Source of the DNA: Verrucomicrobiia bacterium | GTDB lineage: Bacteria; Omnitrophota; Omnitrophia; Omnitrophales; Aquincolibacteriaceae | Length of the DNA: 64,000 nt | Assembly (NCBI GenBank): GCA_035495615.1 | Contig: DATJFP010000097.1 | Coordinates: forward strand, 4,495 to 68,494 | Reading direction: 5' to 3' | Shown: in pieces, positions 37,145 through 46,910 of the stretch | Layout of the letters: each line of letters opens with the position of its first letter | Position numbering within the stretch: position 1 is the first letter of the stretch | Made by a program: the position numbers and the translations under genes | Notes under the pieces: model-generated | The model's input: the letters and a program-made list of their open reading frames with translations, nothing else | The model's database searches: none | What the model was told of the DNA's origin: nothing

Positions 37145-38137
37145 ATGATCATCAGCAGGACCCCCTTCAGGATTTCTTTCTTCGGCGGCGGCAGCGACTA
37201 TCCGGCCTGGTACTCCAAGTACGGCGGCAAGGTCATTGGCACGACCATCGACAAGTACTGTTATATCAGCTGCCGTTATCTCCCTCCGTTTTTTACCTAT
37301 AAACACCGGATCGTGTATTCCAACATGGAATACGTGAACGACCTTTCCGAGATTAAGCATCCGGCCGTCAAAGGAATCCTGGAAACCCTCAAGGTCGACC
37401 GCGGCATGGAAATCCATCATGACGGCGACCTGCCGGCGCGTTCCGGGCTGGGTTCGAGTTCGTCTTTTACCGTGGGCCTGCTGCATGCCCTTCACGCGCT
37501 GCATGGCAAATTTATTTCCAAACGCGATCTCGCCAACGAGGCCGTGCACATCGAGCAGGAAGTGCTCAAAGAAAACGTGGGCTCGCAGGACCAGATCCTC
37601 GCGGCTTACGGAGGCTTCAACATGATCGAGTTCCACCAGGGCGGCACGTACGATGTCCAGCCCGTGATCCTGCCCAAAGAACGCCTCACGGAATTCCAGC
37701 AGAACCTGATGCTCTGCTTCACAGGCATAACACGCATCGCCTCGACCATTGCCAAGGCGCACATCGACAACCTGGAAAAAAGGAAGCGCGAAATCCAGAT
37801 GATGCAGCAGATGACCCACGAGGCCATCAGCATCCTGCAAAGCTCCAGCCAGATCGACGAATTCGGCAAGCTTCTCCACGAATACTGGAACTACAAAAAA
37901 AGCCTCTCGGACAAAGTGACGACTCCCGAGGTGGACGAAATTTACACCGCCGCGCTCGAGGCCGGAGCCCTGGGCGGCAAGCTGCTCGGCGCGGGAGGCG
38001 GCGGATTCATGCTGTTTTTCGCCAAGCCGGAAGCGCAGCAAAAGATCCGGGAAAGGCTCAAAAAACTCGTCCATGTGGGCTTCCGTTTCGAATTTTCCGG
38101 AAGCAAAATCGTGATTTACGAACCCTACAACTTCTAG
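37145..38137 (+). CDS. GHMP sugar kinase, HddA-like (D-glycero-D-manno-heptose 7-phosphate kinase-like)
   Basis: MIISRTPFRISFFGGGSDYPAWY N-terminus and the PxRSGLGSSSS phosphate-binding loop. 330 aa. Confidence 0.6.
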   Translation: MIISRTPFRISFFGGGSDYPAWYSKYGGKVIGTTIDKYCYISCRYLPPFFTYKHRIVYSNMEYVNDLSEIKHPAVKGILETLKVDRGMEIHHDGDLPARSGLGSSSSFTVGLLHALHALHGKFISKRDLANEAVHIEQEVLKENVGSQDQILAAYGGFNMIEFHQGGTYDVQPVILPKERLTEFQQNLMLCFTGITRIASTIAKAHIDNLEKRKREIQMMQQMTHEAISILQSSSQIDEFGKLLHEYWNYKKSLSDKVTTPEVDEIYTAALEAGALGGKLLGAGGGGFMLFFAKPEAQQKIRERLKKLVHVGFRFEFSGSKIVIYEPYNF

Positions 38138-38139
38138 AC

Positions 38140-39099
38140 ATGAATAAAGAAAAAGCCAAACAGATTTACCACGATGTTTACCTGGTCCGCCGCTGCGAAG
38201 AAAAAATCCGCGACGAATACGCCTCGGACGCGATGAAAACGCCCGTGCATCTGCACGTGGGCGCCGAAGCCATCTGCGCGGGCGTCCTGGCCGCGCTTCC
38301 CAAAGGCCTCAAGGTTTTCGGGACTTACCGCAATCACGGGCTCTACCTGCCGCTCACGCAGGACCCGAAATCGTTTTTCGCGGAGCTGTACGGCAAGGCG
38401 ACAGGCTGCGCCCAGGGCAAGGCCGGTTCCATGCATCTCACCGCGCCCGAGCACGGGCTTTTTCTCACGTCCGCGGTCGTGGCCACGACGATTCCGGTGG
38501 CCGTCGGCGCCGCTCTCGCGCATCAGTACCGCAAAGAAAAAAACGTAGTGGCCGTTTTCTTCGGCGACGGCGCCGTGGAAGAAGGTGCGTTCTGGGAAAG
38601 TCTGAATTTTGCCTGCCTGAAACAACTTCGCGTCTTCTTTGTCTGCGAGGACAACGACCTGGCCATCCACACGCCGACCGCGCATCGCCAGGGCTTCAAG
38701 TCCATTCCCGAAGCGGCCGCGGGCTTCCGCTGCCACATGGCCACCGCGGACGGATGGGATCCGGAAACAGTTTACGCCGCGGCTTCCGGACTTCTTCAGA
38801 GAATGGAAGCCGAACCCAAGCCCTGCTTGCTGCATTTCAAATATTTCCGTTATCTCGAGCACGTAGGCGTGGGCGAGGATTTCAAATTCGGCTATCGCCC
38901 CAAGCCGGACGAGCCCGCGCTGCAAAAGTATGATCCTCTGAAAGCTGCCGAGCGCATGGCCGCCAATCACGGCCTTTCGGATTCCGACATCCAGAAGATC
39001 AACCAGGAAGTGGACGCACTTATCGAGGAGAGCGTGGCCAAGGCCAAGACCGACCCCTTTCCCGACGAACAGGAATTCGGACGCGGAGTCATGAGCTGA
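38140..39099 (+). CDS. thiamine-diphosphate-dependent dehydrogenase E1 alpha-like subunit
   Basis: A GDGAVEEGAFWESLNFA TPP-binding motif (GDG…N) and VGAEA…YRNHG regions resemble the PDH/acetoin-DH E1 alpha family. Confidence 0.7.
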   Translation: MNKEKAKQIYHDVYLVRRCEEKIRDEYASDAMKTPVHLHVGAEAICAGVLAALPKGLKVFGTYRNHGLYLPLTQDPKSFFAELYGKATGCAQGKAGSMHLTAPEHGLFLTSAVVATTIPVAVGAALAHQYRKEKNVVAVFFGDGAVEEGAFWESLNFACLKQLRVFFVCEDNDLAIHTPTAHRQGFKSIPEAAAGFRCHMATADGWDPETVYAAASGLLQRMEAEPKPCLLHFKYFRYLEHVGVGEDFKFGYRPKPDEPALQKYDPLKAAERMAANHGLSDSDIQKINQEVDALIEESVAKAKTDPFPDEQEFGRGVMS

Positions 39100-40289
39100 T
39101 GAAAGCCTCCCAGCCGGTTGAAAAATTGAACTGGCCGCTCATGGCAGACAATATTTTGCCCGAAGACCGGCAGGCCGTGATCGAGTTCCTGAAGCACAAC
39201 GACCGGCTCACGCAGTGGAAAGAAGTGCGCGCGTTCGAAAAGGAATGGTCCGAGTGGATCGGCGTGAAGCACAGCGTGTTCGTCAATTCCGGCGCGTCCG
39301 CGAACCTGATCACGCTGGCCGCGCTGAAAGAAATCGCCGGGCCGGGCGAAGTCATCGTGCCGACGCTGACCTGGGTGTCGGACATCGCGTCGGTGCTGCA
39401 GAACGGTTTCACGCCGGTATTCGTGGACATCAACCCGCGGCATCTCGGCATGGCCGAAGACGAGGTCGCCAAAAAGATTACGCCGAAGACCAAGGCGGTT
39501 TTCCTCACGCATATCCTCGGCTACAACGCGCTGACGGACGGACTGATGAAGACCCTGAAAGAAAAGAATATCCCGCTCATTGAAGACGGCTGCGAGTCGC
39601 ACGGCGCGCGCTTCAAGGGCAAGAGGATCGGCTCGTTCGGCTGGGCCTCCAACTTTTCCTTTTATTACGCGCATCACCTCAGCACCGTGGAAGGCGGCAT
39701 GGTGTGCACGAACGACGACGAACTGTACCAGATGATGCGCATGTTCCGATCGCACGGTCTGGTGCGCGAGATGGACGACGAAAGCCTCAAGAAGCGCTAT
39801 CACGAAAAGTATCCGGACCTCGACACGCAGTTTATTTTTGCATTCCCGGCCTACAACGTGCGCAGCACGGAGATCAACGCGGTATTCGGGCGCAACCAGC
39901 TGAAGCGGCTGCAGGACGAGATCGACGAGCGCAATGAAAACCTCAAAGTGTTTCTGGGCGGGCTCGATCCGGCAAAGTACCGCACGGATTTCGAATTGGA
40001 GGGCGTGAGCAATTACGCGTTAACGCTGGTGCTCCAGAAAAATTTCACGGACAGGGCGGAGAAGGTCACGAAGATGCTGGTCGAAGCCAACGTCGAATAC
40101 CGGCGCGGCACTTCCGGCGGCGGCAACCAGCTCCGCCAGCCGTACCTGAAAAGACTTTTCGGGGACGCGTACAAAAACTATCCCGAAGTCGAGCACGTGC
40201 ACTTTTACGCGTATTACATCGGAAATTATCCCGGCCTGGACAAGGGCTTGATCAAAAAACTCTGCGCCATGCTCAACTCGATCGATTGA
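39099..40289 (+). CDS. DegT/DnrJ/EryC1/StrS-family PLP-dependent sugar aminotransferase/dehydratase
   Basis: VNSGASANLI, GDEVIVP-like and FSFYYAHHLSTVEGG regions are typical of the DegT family. Its start shares a nucleotide with the E1 alpha stop (TGATG). Confidence 0.7.
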   Translation: MKASQPVEKLNWPLMADNILPEDRQAVIEFLKHNDRLTQWKEVRAFEKEWSEWIGVKHSVFVNSGASANLITLAALKEIAGPGEVIVPTLTWVSDIASVLQNGFTPVFVDINPRHLGMAEDEVAKKITPKTKAVFLTHILGYNALTDGLMKTLKEKNIPLIEDGCESHGARFKGKRIGSFGWASNFSFYYAHHLSTVEGGMVCTNDDELYQMMRMFRSHGLVREMDDESLKKRYHEKYPDLDTQFIFAFPAYNVRSTEINAVFGRNQLKRLQDEIDERNENLKVFLGGLDPAKYRTDFELEGVSNYALTLVLQKNFTDRAEKVTKMLVEANVEYRRGTSGGGNQLRQPYLKRLFGDAYKNYPEVEHVHFYAYYIGNYPGLDKGLIKKLCAMLNSID

Positions 40290-40293
40290 GGCC

Positions 40294-41334
40294 ATGAAAA
40301 AACACATCACTTACCGCGACGCGATCAACGAAGCCTTGATGGACGAAATGACGGCCGACGACCGCGTGTTCGTCTTCGGCCTGGATGTGCCCGACCACAA
40401 GCGCATCTTCGGCAGTACCGCGAACCTCGTCGAAAAATTCGGGCCGGAGCGCTGCTTTGCCACGCCGCTTTCCGAAGACGGCATGACGGGCGTTGCGCTT
40501 GGCGCGGCCCTCAGCGGGCTCAGGCCCGTGCACGTTCATATCCGCGTGGACTTCATGCTGCTTGCCATGAACCAGATCGCGAACATGATTTCCTGCGCGC
40601 GCTACATGACCGGCGGCAAGGTCAAGGTGCCGCTTGTCATCCGCGCCGTGATCGGCCGCGGGTGGGGCCAGGGCGCGCAGCACAGCAAGACGCTGCAGAG
40701 CATTTTCGCGCATATCCCCGGACTCAAAGTCGTGATGCCCACGAACCCGCAGGACGCGTACAGCCTTCTCCGGACTTCGATCCAGGACGAGGACCCGGTC
40801 ATTTTTCTCGAGCACCGCTGGCTCTACGACGCGTTCGGCGACGTGGACAAGGAATTCAAGATCCCGATCGGCAAGGCGCTGGTCAAGCGTGACGGCACGG
40901 ACATCACGGTCGTGACGACGTCCTGGATGATGGTCGAGGCCCTGAAGGCGCGCGAGATCCTGATGCGCCGCAACGTGTCCGTCGAAATTGTGGACGTGCG
41001 CACGATTGCGCCCGCGGACATGGACACCATCGCCGCGTCCGCGGCCAAGACCGGCCGCTGCATCGTGGCCGACTACGACTGGGTGCCCTGCGGTTTCAGC
41101 GCCGAAGTCGCGGCGGAAGTCTCGAAGCGCTGCTTCGGAAAATTGAAGCTGCCCGTCGAAAGGATCGGTTTTGCACCCACGCCCTGCCCGACGACACGTC
41201 CGCTCGAAAATCTTTTTTATCCCTCCGCGATCACCCTCATCAGAACCATCGAAAAAATGATGGGCCTTTCGGAAACCGATCTCTCCGGAGAAAAGTTTTA
41301 TTCCTGGGAAGAGCGGTTCAAAGGGCCTTTCTGA
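40294..41334 (+). CDS. E1 beta-like subunit (transketolase-like pyrimidine-binding + C-terminal domain)
   Basis: ITYRDAINEALMDEM…VFVFGLDV…FGPERCFATPLSEDGMTGVALGAALSGLRPV is typical of 2-oxoacid dehydrogenase E1 beta. Confidence 0.7.
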   Translation: MKKHITYRDAINEALMDEMTADDRVFVFGLDVPDHKRIFGSTANLVEKFGPERCFATPLSEDGMTGVALGAALSGLRPVHVHIRVDFMLLAMNQIANMISCARYMTGGKVKVPLVIRAVIGRGWGQGAQHSKTLQSIFAHIPGLKVVMPTNPQDAYSLLRTSIQDEDPVIFLEHRWLYDAFGDVDKEFKIPIGKALVKRDGTDITVVTTSWMMVEALKAREILMRRNVSVEIVDVRTIAPADMDTIAASAAKTGRCIVADYDWVPCGFSAEVAAEVSKRCFGKLKLPVERIGFAPTPCPTTRPLENLFYPSAITLIRTIEKMMGLSETDLSGEKFYSWEERFKGPF

Positions 41335-41343
41335 CGGAGCCGC

Positions 41344-42327
41344 ATGTTTAAGGGCAGAAAAATTCTCGTCACCGGAGGCACGGGGCTGATCGGCCGGCCG
41401 CTGGTGGAAATGCTGATCCAGGAAGGCGCGCACGTGAGGATCGCATCGCTCGACGATCCGTCGCGCGCGCATCCCAAGGCCGAATTCGTCCAGGCGAACC
41501 TCATGCATTTCGAGAATTGCGCCAAGGCCTGCCAGGGTATGGACGACGTGTTTCATCTGGCCGGCGTCAAGGGCTCGCCCGCCATGACCGCGAAGAAACC
41601 CGCGAGCTTTTTCGTGCCCATGGTGACTTTCAACACCAACATGATGGAGGCCGCGCGCCAGGCCGGCGTGAAGCGCTTCCTTTATACCAGCTCCATCGGC
41701 GTGTATGCTCCGGCCGAAGTTTTTCACGAAGATGATGTCTGGAAAACTTTTCCTTCGCCGAACGACCGCTTCGCGGGCTGGGCCAAGCGCATGGGCGAAC
41801 TGCAGGCCGAGGCTTACCAGATCGAATACGGCTGGAAAGACATCGCGATCGTGCGGCCGGCAAACGTGTATGGCCCCTTCGACAATTTCGACCCGCAGAA
41901 CGCCATGGTGATCCCGTCGCTCATCCGCCGCGCCATGGACGGCGAGAATCCATTGACGGTGTGGGGCGACGGCTCCGCGGTGCGCGATTTCATCCACGCG
42001 CGCGACGTGGCCCGCGGCATGATGCTCGCGCTCGAAAAAGGAGGCGGCCAGCCGCTCAACCTCGGAAGCGGCCTGGGCGTCAGCGTGAAGCAGATCGTGG
42101 ACATCATCGCGGCCAACATGCCCGTGAAGCCCAAAGTCGTGTGGGACACGTCCAAGCCTTCCGGCGACAAGAAACGGCTGATGGACATGACGCGGGCGAA
42201 AGCTCTCGGCTTCGAGCCGAAAGTCTCCATCGAAGAAGGCATCCGCGAAGTCATGGACTGGTATTCGAAAAACCGCGAAGAAGTAAACAAGCGCTACAAT
42301 GTTTTCACCGAGAAGAAATTTGCGTAA
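41344..42327 (+). CDS. NAD-dependent epimerase/dehydratase (GDP-fucose-synthase-like SDR)
   Basis: ILVTGGTGLIG Rossmann motif and the YTSS…Y…K region. 327 aa. Confidence 0.7.
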   Translation: MFKGRKILVTGGTGLIGRPLVEMLIQEGAHVRIASLDDPSRAHPKAEFVQANLMHFENCAKACQGMDDVFHLAGVKGSPAMTAKKPASFFVPMVTFNTNMMEAARQAGVKRFLYTSSIGVYAPAEVFHEDDVWKTFPSPNDRFAGWAKRMGELQAEAYQIEYGWKDIAIVRPANVYGPFDNFDPQNAMVIPSLIRRAMDGENPLTVWGDGSAVRDFIHARDVARGMMLALEKGGGQPLNLGSGLGVSVKQIVDIIAANMPVKPKVVWDTSKPSGDKKRLMDMTRAKALGFEPKVSIEEGIREVMDWYSKNREEVNKRYNVFTEKKFA

Positions 42328-42354
42328 GCGGCTCTGCCGCCGGCGGGTACTCGC

Positions 42355-43407
42355 ATGACGACTTCACTTGATTTGATTGCCTCGGATCCGGGCTTCAAGA
42401 CCACGAAGCTTTTCCGCGAGCTCCAAAAGAATCCCTTCGGCTTCATCGACGTCGGCGCGCTGGGCGGCATCCATCCCATCGTCGATCCCATCGCGGGCCT
42501 TACGCATGCCCTGTGCTTCGAGCCGGACGAAAAAGACTGCGAGGCCCTGAGGAACAAATACGCGGAAGCTTCTTCGTTTGCCCGCGTAACCGTGGAGCAG
42601 ACGGCGTTGGGCGCGCCCGGCAAGGAAAAGGAAAATCTCTACATTTCGAAAGTCGCGACCAACACGTCGCTTCTCAAGCCTAACCCGCACTTCATCAGCC
42701 GTTACCAGGCCAAGAAATTTGAAGTGGACCGCGTGCTGCCCATCCAGACGCGCACGCTGGACAGTGTCCTGGCCGGCGGGAAAGACCTCGGAGGCAGAAT
42801 GGGCGAAATGTTGAAGCTGGACACGCAGGGCAGCGAATACCGCATCCTGAAAGGCGCGGAGAAGCTTCTCGACAAGACTTGCCTCGCGGTGTGGTGCGAG
42901 GTGGAGTTTTTCGAAGTCTACGAAGGCCAGGAAACTTTTTCGGACATCGACAGGCTCCTGCGTGAGCATGGATTTTTGATTTACGGGATCTACCCGCATT
43001 ACCGTTCCACCAAATCGCTGGACCGCAGCCAGTACACGACCGAGGAGCGGCTGATGTGGGCCGACGCGGTCTTCATCAAGGACCCGCTCGACTCGCGCAA
43101 CCAAGGGCGCAAGTTTTCGGAGCGCGACCTCCAGAGTCTTGTCCTCATCGCGATGCTCACGCGGTTTTATGATTTCGCCCTCGAGCTCGTGCGCGGCCCT
43201 TATCCGGAGCCCGCGGACCGCAAGGCGCTGGAAAACCTGATCCTCACGCTCGCCAAAGTGGACAATTACGGCCTGAGGGACGACATCGAGCGTTTGAACA
43301 AGGCCTGCTCGAAAAATCCGGACCGGACGAACGTGCTGGTCGGGCTCTTTGTCTCGCGGCACCAGTCGAACAACACGGTGGACCATCTCCTGGACCGCGT
43401 CCGGTAG
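42355..43407 (+). CDS. FkbM-family SAM-dependent methyltransferase
   Basis: FIDVGALGG (compare the FkbM IDVGAN.G motif). 350 aa, sitting inside the sugar cluster. Confidence 0.5.
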   Translation: MTTSLDLIASDPGFKTTKLFRELQKNPFGFIDVGALGGIHPIVDPIAGLTHALCFEPDEKDCEALRNKYAEASSFARVTVEQTALGAPGKEKENLYISKVATNTSLLKPNPHFISRYQAKKFEVDRVLPIQTRTLDSVLAGGKDLGGRMGEMLKLDTQGSEYRILKGAEKLLDKTCLAVWCEVEFFEVYEGQETFSDIDRLLREHGFLIYGIYPHYRSTKSLDRSQYTTEERLMWADAVFIKDPLDSRNQGRKFSERDLQSLVLIAMLTRFYDFALELVRGPYPEPADRKALENLILTLAKVDNYGLRDDIERLNKACSKNPDRTNVLVGLFVSRHQSNNTVDHLLDRVR

Positions 43408-43459
43408 TTCCGCCCCTGCTCCGGCCCAGCCCCTCGGGCGGAGAAATTGAAGGAATCAT

Positions 43460-45208
43460 ATGAAACTGGGAAAAGTCTTCGTCGCCGGCGGCACCGGGCT
43501 CGTGGGAAAAAACATGGTGAAGCGCCTGGAAGCGATGGGCGTGGATTACCAGGCGAGCTACTACCAGTCCCAGCCTCTTTTTTGCCGCAGCAAATACCGC
43601 CGCGTGGATTTTCAGAAATTCGACGAGACCATGGAAGCCCTGAAAGGCGTTTCGGAACTCATCATCTGCGCGGCCGTCACGCACGGCGTGAAGAGGATGA
43701 AGGAAAATCCCGGCGCCGGCATCCTGCCCAACCTCAAAATCACCAGCCACCTGCTCGAAGCCGCGCGGCGCCAGAAAGTTTCACGCGTTGTTTTCCTGGG
43801 CAGCGGCACAGTTTACCAGGAAGCCGAGCATCCGATACGCGAGGACGACCTGAATCTCAATCTGCCGCCGTACGGCCTGTACCTGGGCATCGGCGGGCTG
43901 TCACGCTATCTGGAACAGCTTTGCTTTTTTTATGCGAAGCAGTTCGGCATGCAGATCGGCATTTTCCGGCTGTCGAATGTCTACGGCCCGCACGATCATT
44001 TCGGGGAAGACCGTTCCCACGTGCTGCCGGCGCTTATCCGCCGCGCGCTTAAAAAAGAAAATCCCTTCAAGGTGTGGGGCCGCGCCTCGGTGGTCCGCGA
44101 TTTCATTTACGTCGAGGACGTGGTCGAGGCCATCCTGCGGCTGCTCGACAAGCATTGCCGCCCGGATCCCATCAATTTCAGCTACGGCAAAGGCGTCACG
44201 ATCGGAGAAGCCGTAAAAACCATCCTGCAGGTCTGCGGCCATTCCGTGGCGCCGCAGTATGACGAAAGCGCGCCGACCGCCATTCCTTACCGCGTGCTGG
44301 ACTGCACCAAATTCGAGCAGCTGCTCGGGCCGCTGCCGCGCACCTCGCTCGAAGAGGGCGTGCGCAGGACCGTGGCCTGGGCCGTGGAAGAAGACATTTT
44401 CAAGACGCGCGCCGCGAAAACGGCCCCGAAGACCCGCTACCTCCTGACCGGCGTATCGAGCGGGCTTGGGCGCTACCTGCATGAGAGGCTGGGCGGCGAG
44501 GGGCTCACGCGTGAAAATGCTCCGGAAGTTCTGGAAAGCGCGCGCGCCAAGGGCTGCGACGTCGTCGTGCATGCGGCATTCAGCGCGCCGAAGACCGGGC
44601 CTTCTTCGATGCTCGCGGCCTGCCTCGAGGACAACATCGGGCTCACGCAGAAGCTCGCCGAAGTGCCGCACCGCAAGATGATTTATATTTCCTCGATCGA
44701 CGTTTATCCCAAGACGCCAGGCCCGCACAGCGAGGATGAGGACATCCACTTCCGCGACATCGCGGGATTTTACGGCATCATGAAGCTGACCTGCGAGGCT
44801 CTCGTCCAGCAGAAATGCCCGAACCATCTTATCCTGCGCTGCTCCGCGTTTTTGGGGCGGTATTCCCGCAAGGCCAATCTCAAGGTGATCGCCGAAGACC
44901 CGAAGCCCGAACTGAAGCTCCAGGCGGGCTCGCGTTTCAATTACATCCTCCATGAAGACGTGGCGGCCTTTATCGAATACGCGGTCGAGCACGACCTGCG
45001 CGGCATCTACAACGTCGCATCCAGCGGCGCGGTCACGCTTTCCGAAATCGCGGAGTGGGTTAAGAAAAAGCCCGTGTATGGCGATTACCTTTATGATTCC
45101 GGGGACATCTCCAACCGTAAAATTGCGGCGGTTTTCCCCGCGCTGAAAAAAACATCGCGCCAGGTCGCGGAACATTTCCTGGCGAGCGAATATTCTTATT
45201 CTTTTTAG
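43460..45208 (+). CDS. two-domain SDR: N-terminal Fcl/GDP-sugar epimerase-reductase-like + C-terminal second NAD(P)-binding reductase-like domain
   Basis: First Rossmann motif VFVAGGTGLVG with Y…K and a WG..S.VRDFIYVED block. A second Rossmann motif LLTGVSSGLGRYL opens the C-terminal ~260 aa. Confidence 0.55.
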   Translation: MKLGKVFVAGGTGLVGKNMVKRLEAMGVDYQASYYQSQPLFCRSKYRRVDFQKFDETMEALKGVSELIICAAVTHGVKRMKENPGAGILPNLKITSHLLEAARRQKVSRVVFLGSGTVYQEAEHPIREDDLNLNLPPYGLYLGIGGLSRYLEQLCFFYAKQFGMQIGIFRLSNVYGPHDHFGEDRSHVLPALIRRALKKENPFKVWGRASVVRDFIYVEDVVEAILRLLDKHCRPDPINFSYGKGVTIGEAVKTILQVCGHSVAPQYDESAPTAIPYRVLDCTKFEQLLGPLPRTSLEEGVRRTVAWAVEEDIFKTRAAKTAPKTRYLLTGVSSGLGRYLHERLGGEGLTRENAPEVLESARAKGCDVVVHAAFSAPKTGPSSMLAACLEDNIGLTQKLAEVPHRKMIYISSIDVYPKTPGPHSEDEDIHFRDIAGFYGIMKLTCEALVQQKCPNHLILRCSAFLGRYSRKANLKVIAEDPKPELKLQAGSRFNYILHEDVAAFIEYAVEHDLRGIYNVASSGAVTLSEIAEWVKKKPVYGDYLYDSGDISNRKIAAVFPALKKTSRQVAEHFLASEYSYSF

Positions 45209-45213
45209 GAGCC

Positions 45214-46218
45214 ATGATGGACGAGAAGAAAATCAAAAAAGTGCTGATCACCGGCATCGCGGGTTCGGGAGGCAGTTATCTGGCGGAATACATCGTGAAC
45301 CATCATCCCGGCGCCCAGGTGCACGGCATGGTGCGCTGGCACAGCGCCGCGGGGAAGGAAAACCTCGCGAACGTTTTGGACCGCGTCCAGCTCCACGAAT
45401 GCGATCTCAACGACATGGTTTCCGTCCTCGAAGTGATGAAAAAGGTAAAGCCCGATGCCATTTTTCATCTGGCCTCGAACGCGAATGTGCGCGCGTCTTT
45501 CATTTATCCCCATGCGGTGCTGAGCAACAACATCCTCGGCACCTGCAATCTTTTCGAAGCCGTGCGGCTTACCGGGATCGACCCTTTGATCCAGCATTGC
45601 TCCACGTCCGAAGTCTACGGCCAGGTGGACCCCAAGAACGTGCCGATCAAGGAAGACTGCCCGATCCAGCCGTCCAGCCCTTACGCGGTGTCGAAAGTCG
45701 CGCAGGATTTTCTGGGGCTCACGTATTTCCGCAGTTACAACATGAAAATTATCCGCACGCGCATGTTCGCCTACATTAATCCGCGGCGCGCGGACCTTTT
45801 CGCCACGTCGTTCGCGAGGCAGGTGGCGCGCATCGAGGCCGGACTCCAGAAAGAGCTCAAGCACGGGAACCTCGATTCGATCCGCACCATGATCGACGTC
45901 CGCGACGCCATGGAGGCGTACTGGGTGGCGCTCGTGCACTGCAAGGCGGGCGAGACCTACAACATCGGAGGCAAGACCACGATTTCCGTAGGCGATTTTC
46001 TGGAGCTGCTCAAAAAGCACGCGAAGACCAAGATCCCGACGGTTCAGGACCCGGCACTGCTGCGGCCCGCGGACGTGACGCTCCAGATTCCGGACACGTC
46101 AAAGTTCAAGGCCGCCACGAAGTGGGAACCGAAGATCAGCTTCGAAGAAAGCGTGGTCAGCCTGCTCGAAGAATGGCGGCGGCGCGTGAAGCGCGAAGCC
46201 GCGGAGGCGAAATCATGA
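45214..46218 (+). CDS. GDP-mannose/heptose 4,6-dehydratase-like SDR (GMD family)
   Basis: KVLITGIAGSGGSYLAEYIV…HGMVR resembles the GMD N-terminus (ITGITGQDGSYLAE…HG). SPYAVSK catalytic region. Confidence 0.55.
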   Translation: MMDEKKIKKVLITGIAGSGGSYLAEYIVNHHPGAQVHGMVRWHSAAGKENLANVLDRVQLHECDLNDMVSVLEVMKKVKPDAIFHLASNANVRASFIYPHAVLSNNILGTCNLFEAVRLTGIDPLIQHCSTSEVYGQVDPKNVPIKEDCPIQPSSPYAVSKVAQDFLGLTYFRSYNMKIIRTRMFAYINPRRADLFATSFARQVARIEAGLQKELKHGNLDSIRTMIDVRDAMEAYWVALVHCKAGETYNIGGKTTISVGDFLELLKKHAKTKIPTVQDPALLRPADVTLQIPDTSKFKAATKWEPKISFEESVVSLLEEWRRRVKREAAEAKS

Positions 46219-46910
46219 GCGGCCGGCCGACGTTCACGCTTTTCATGCCGACGATGAACGAAGTCGAGGGCATGAAGGCCATGATGCCGCGCGTGAATAA
46301 AGCCTGGGTGGACGAGATTCTGGTCGTGGACGGCGGCTCCAGGGACGGCACGCTGGAATACGCCGAGGCGGAAGGCTACCGCATCGCGCATCAGACCAAG
46401 ACCAAAGGCATCATGGGTGCTTACATGGAAGGCCTGCCGCACGTCAAAACTGACGTGGTGATCGCGTTCAGCCCGGACGGCAATTCGCTTCCCGAGCGCA
46501 TCCCCGCGCTTGTCGAAAAAATGAAAGAAGGCTACGACATGGTGATCGTGTCCCGGTATCTCGACGGCGCTAAAAGCGAGGACGATGATCCGGTGACGGC
46601 GTTCGGCAACTGGATGTTCACGACCATGATCAATGTCGCGTTCGGCGGTCATTATACGGATTCGCTCGTCATGTTCCGCGCGTGGGTCAAAGATTCCCTG
46701 GGTTCGATTTCGCGCGTGGAATTCCCGCGCGCCGGATTCGAGCCGCTCATGTCCATCCGCTGCGCCAAGGAAAAAAGAAAAGTCACGGAAATCCCGGGCG
46801 ATGAGCCCAAGAGAATCGGCAGCGCGCGGAAAATGGACCCGCTGAAAAACGGCATGGACATCCTTCGCCTCATCGCGGCCGAAAAAATGGCGCGGGGACG
46901 GCGTCCATGA
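46216..46910 (+). CDS. GT2 polyprenyl-phosphate sugar transferase, paralog b
   Basis: FTLFMPTMNEVEGM…ILVVDGGSRDGT…AFSPDGNSLPE…GYDMVIVSRY. The ATG overlaps the upstream stop (ATGA). Confidence 0.7.
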
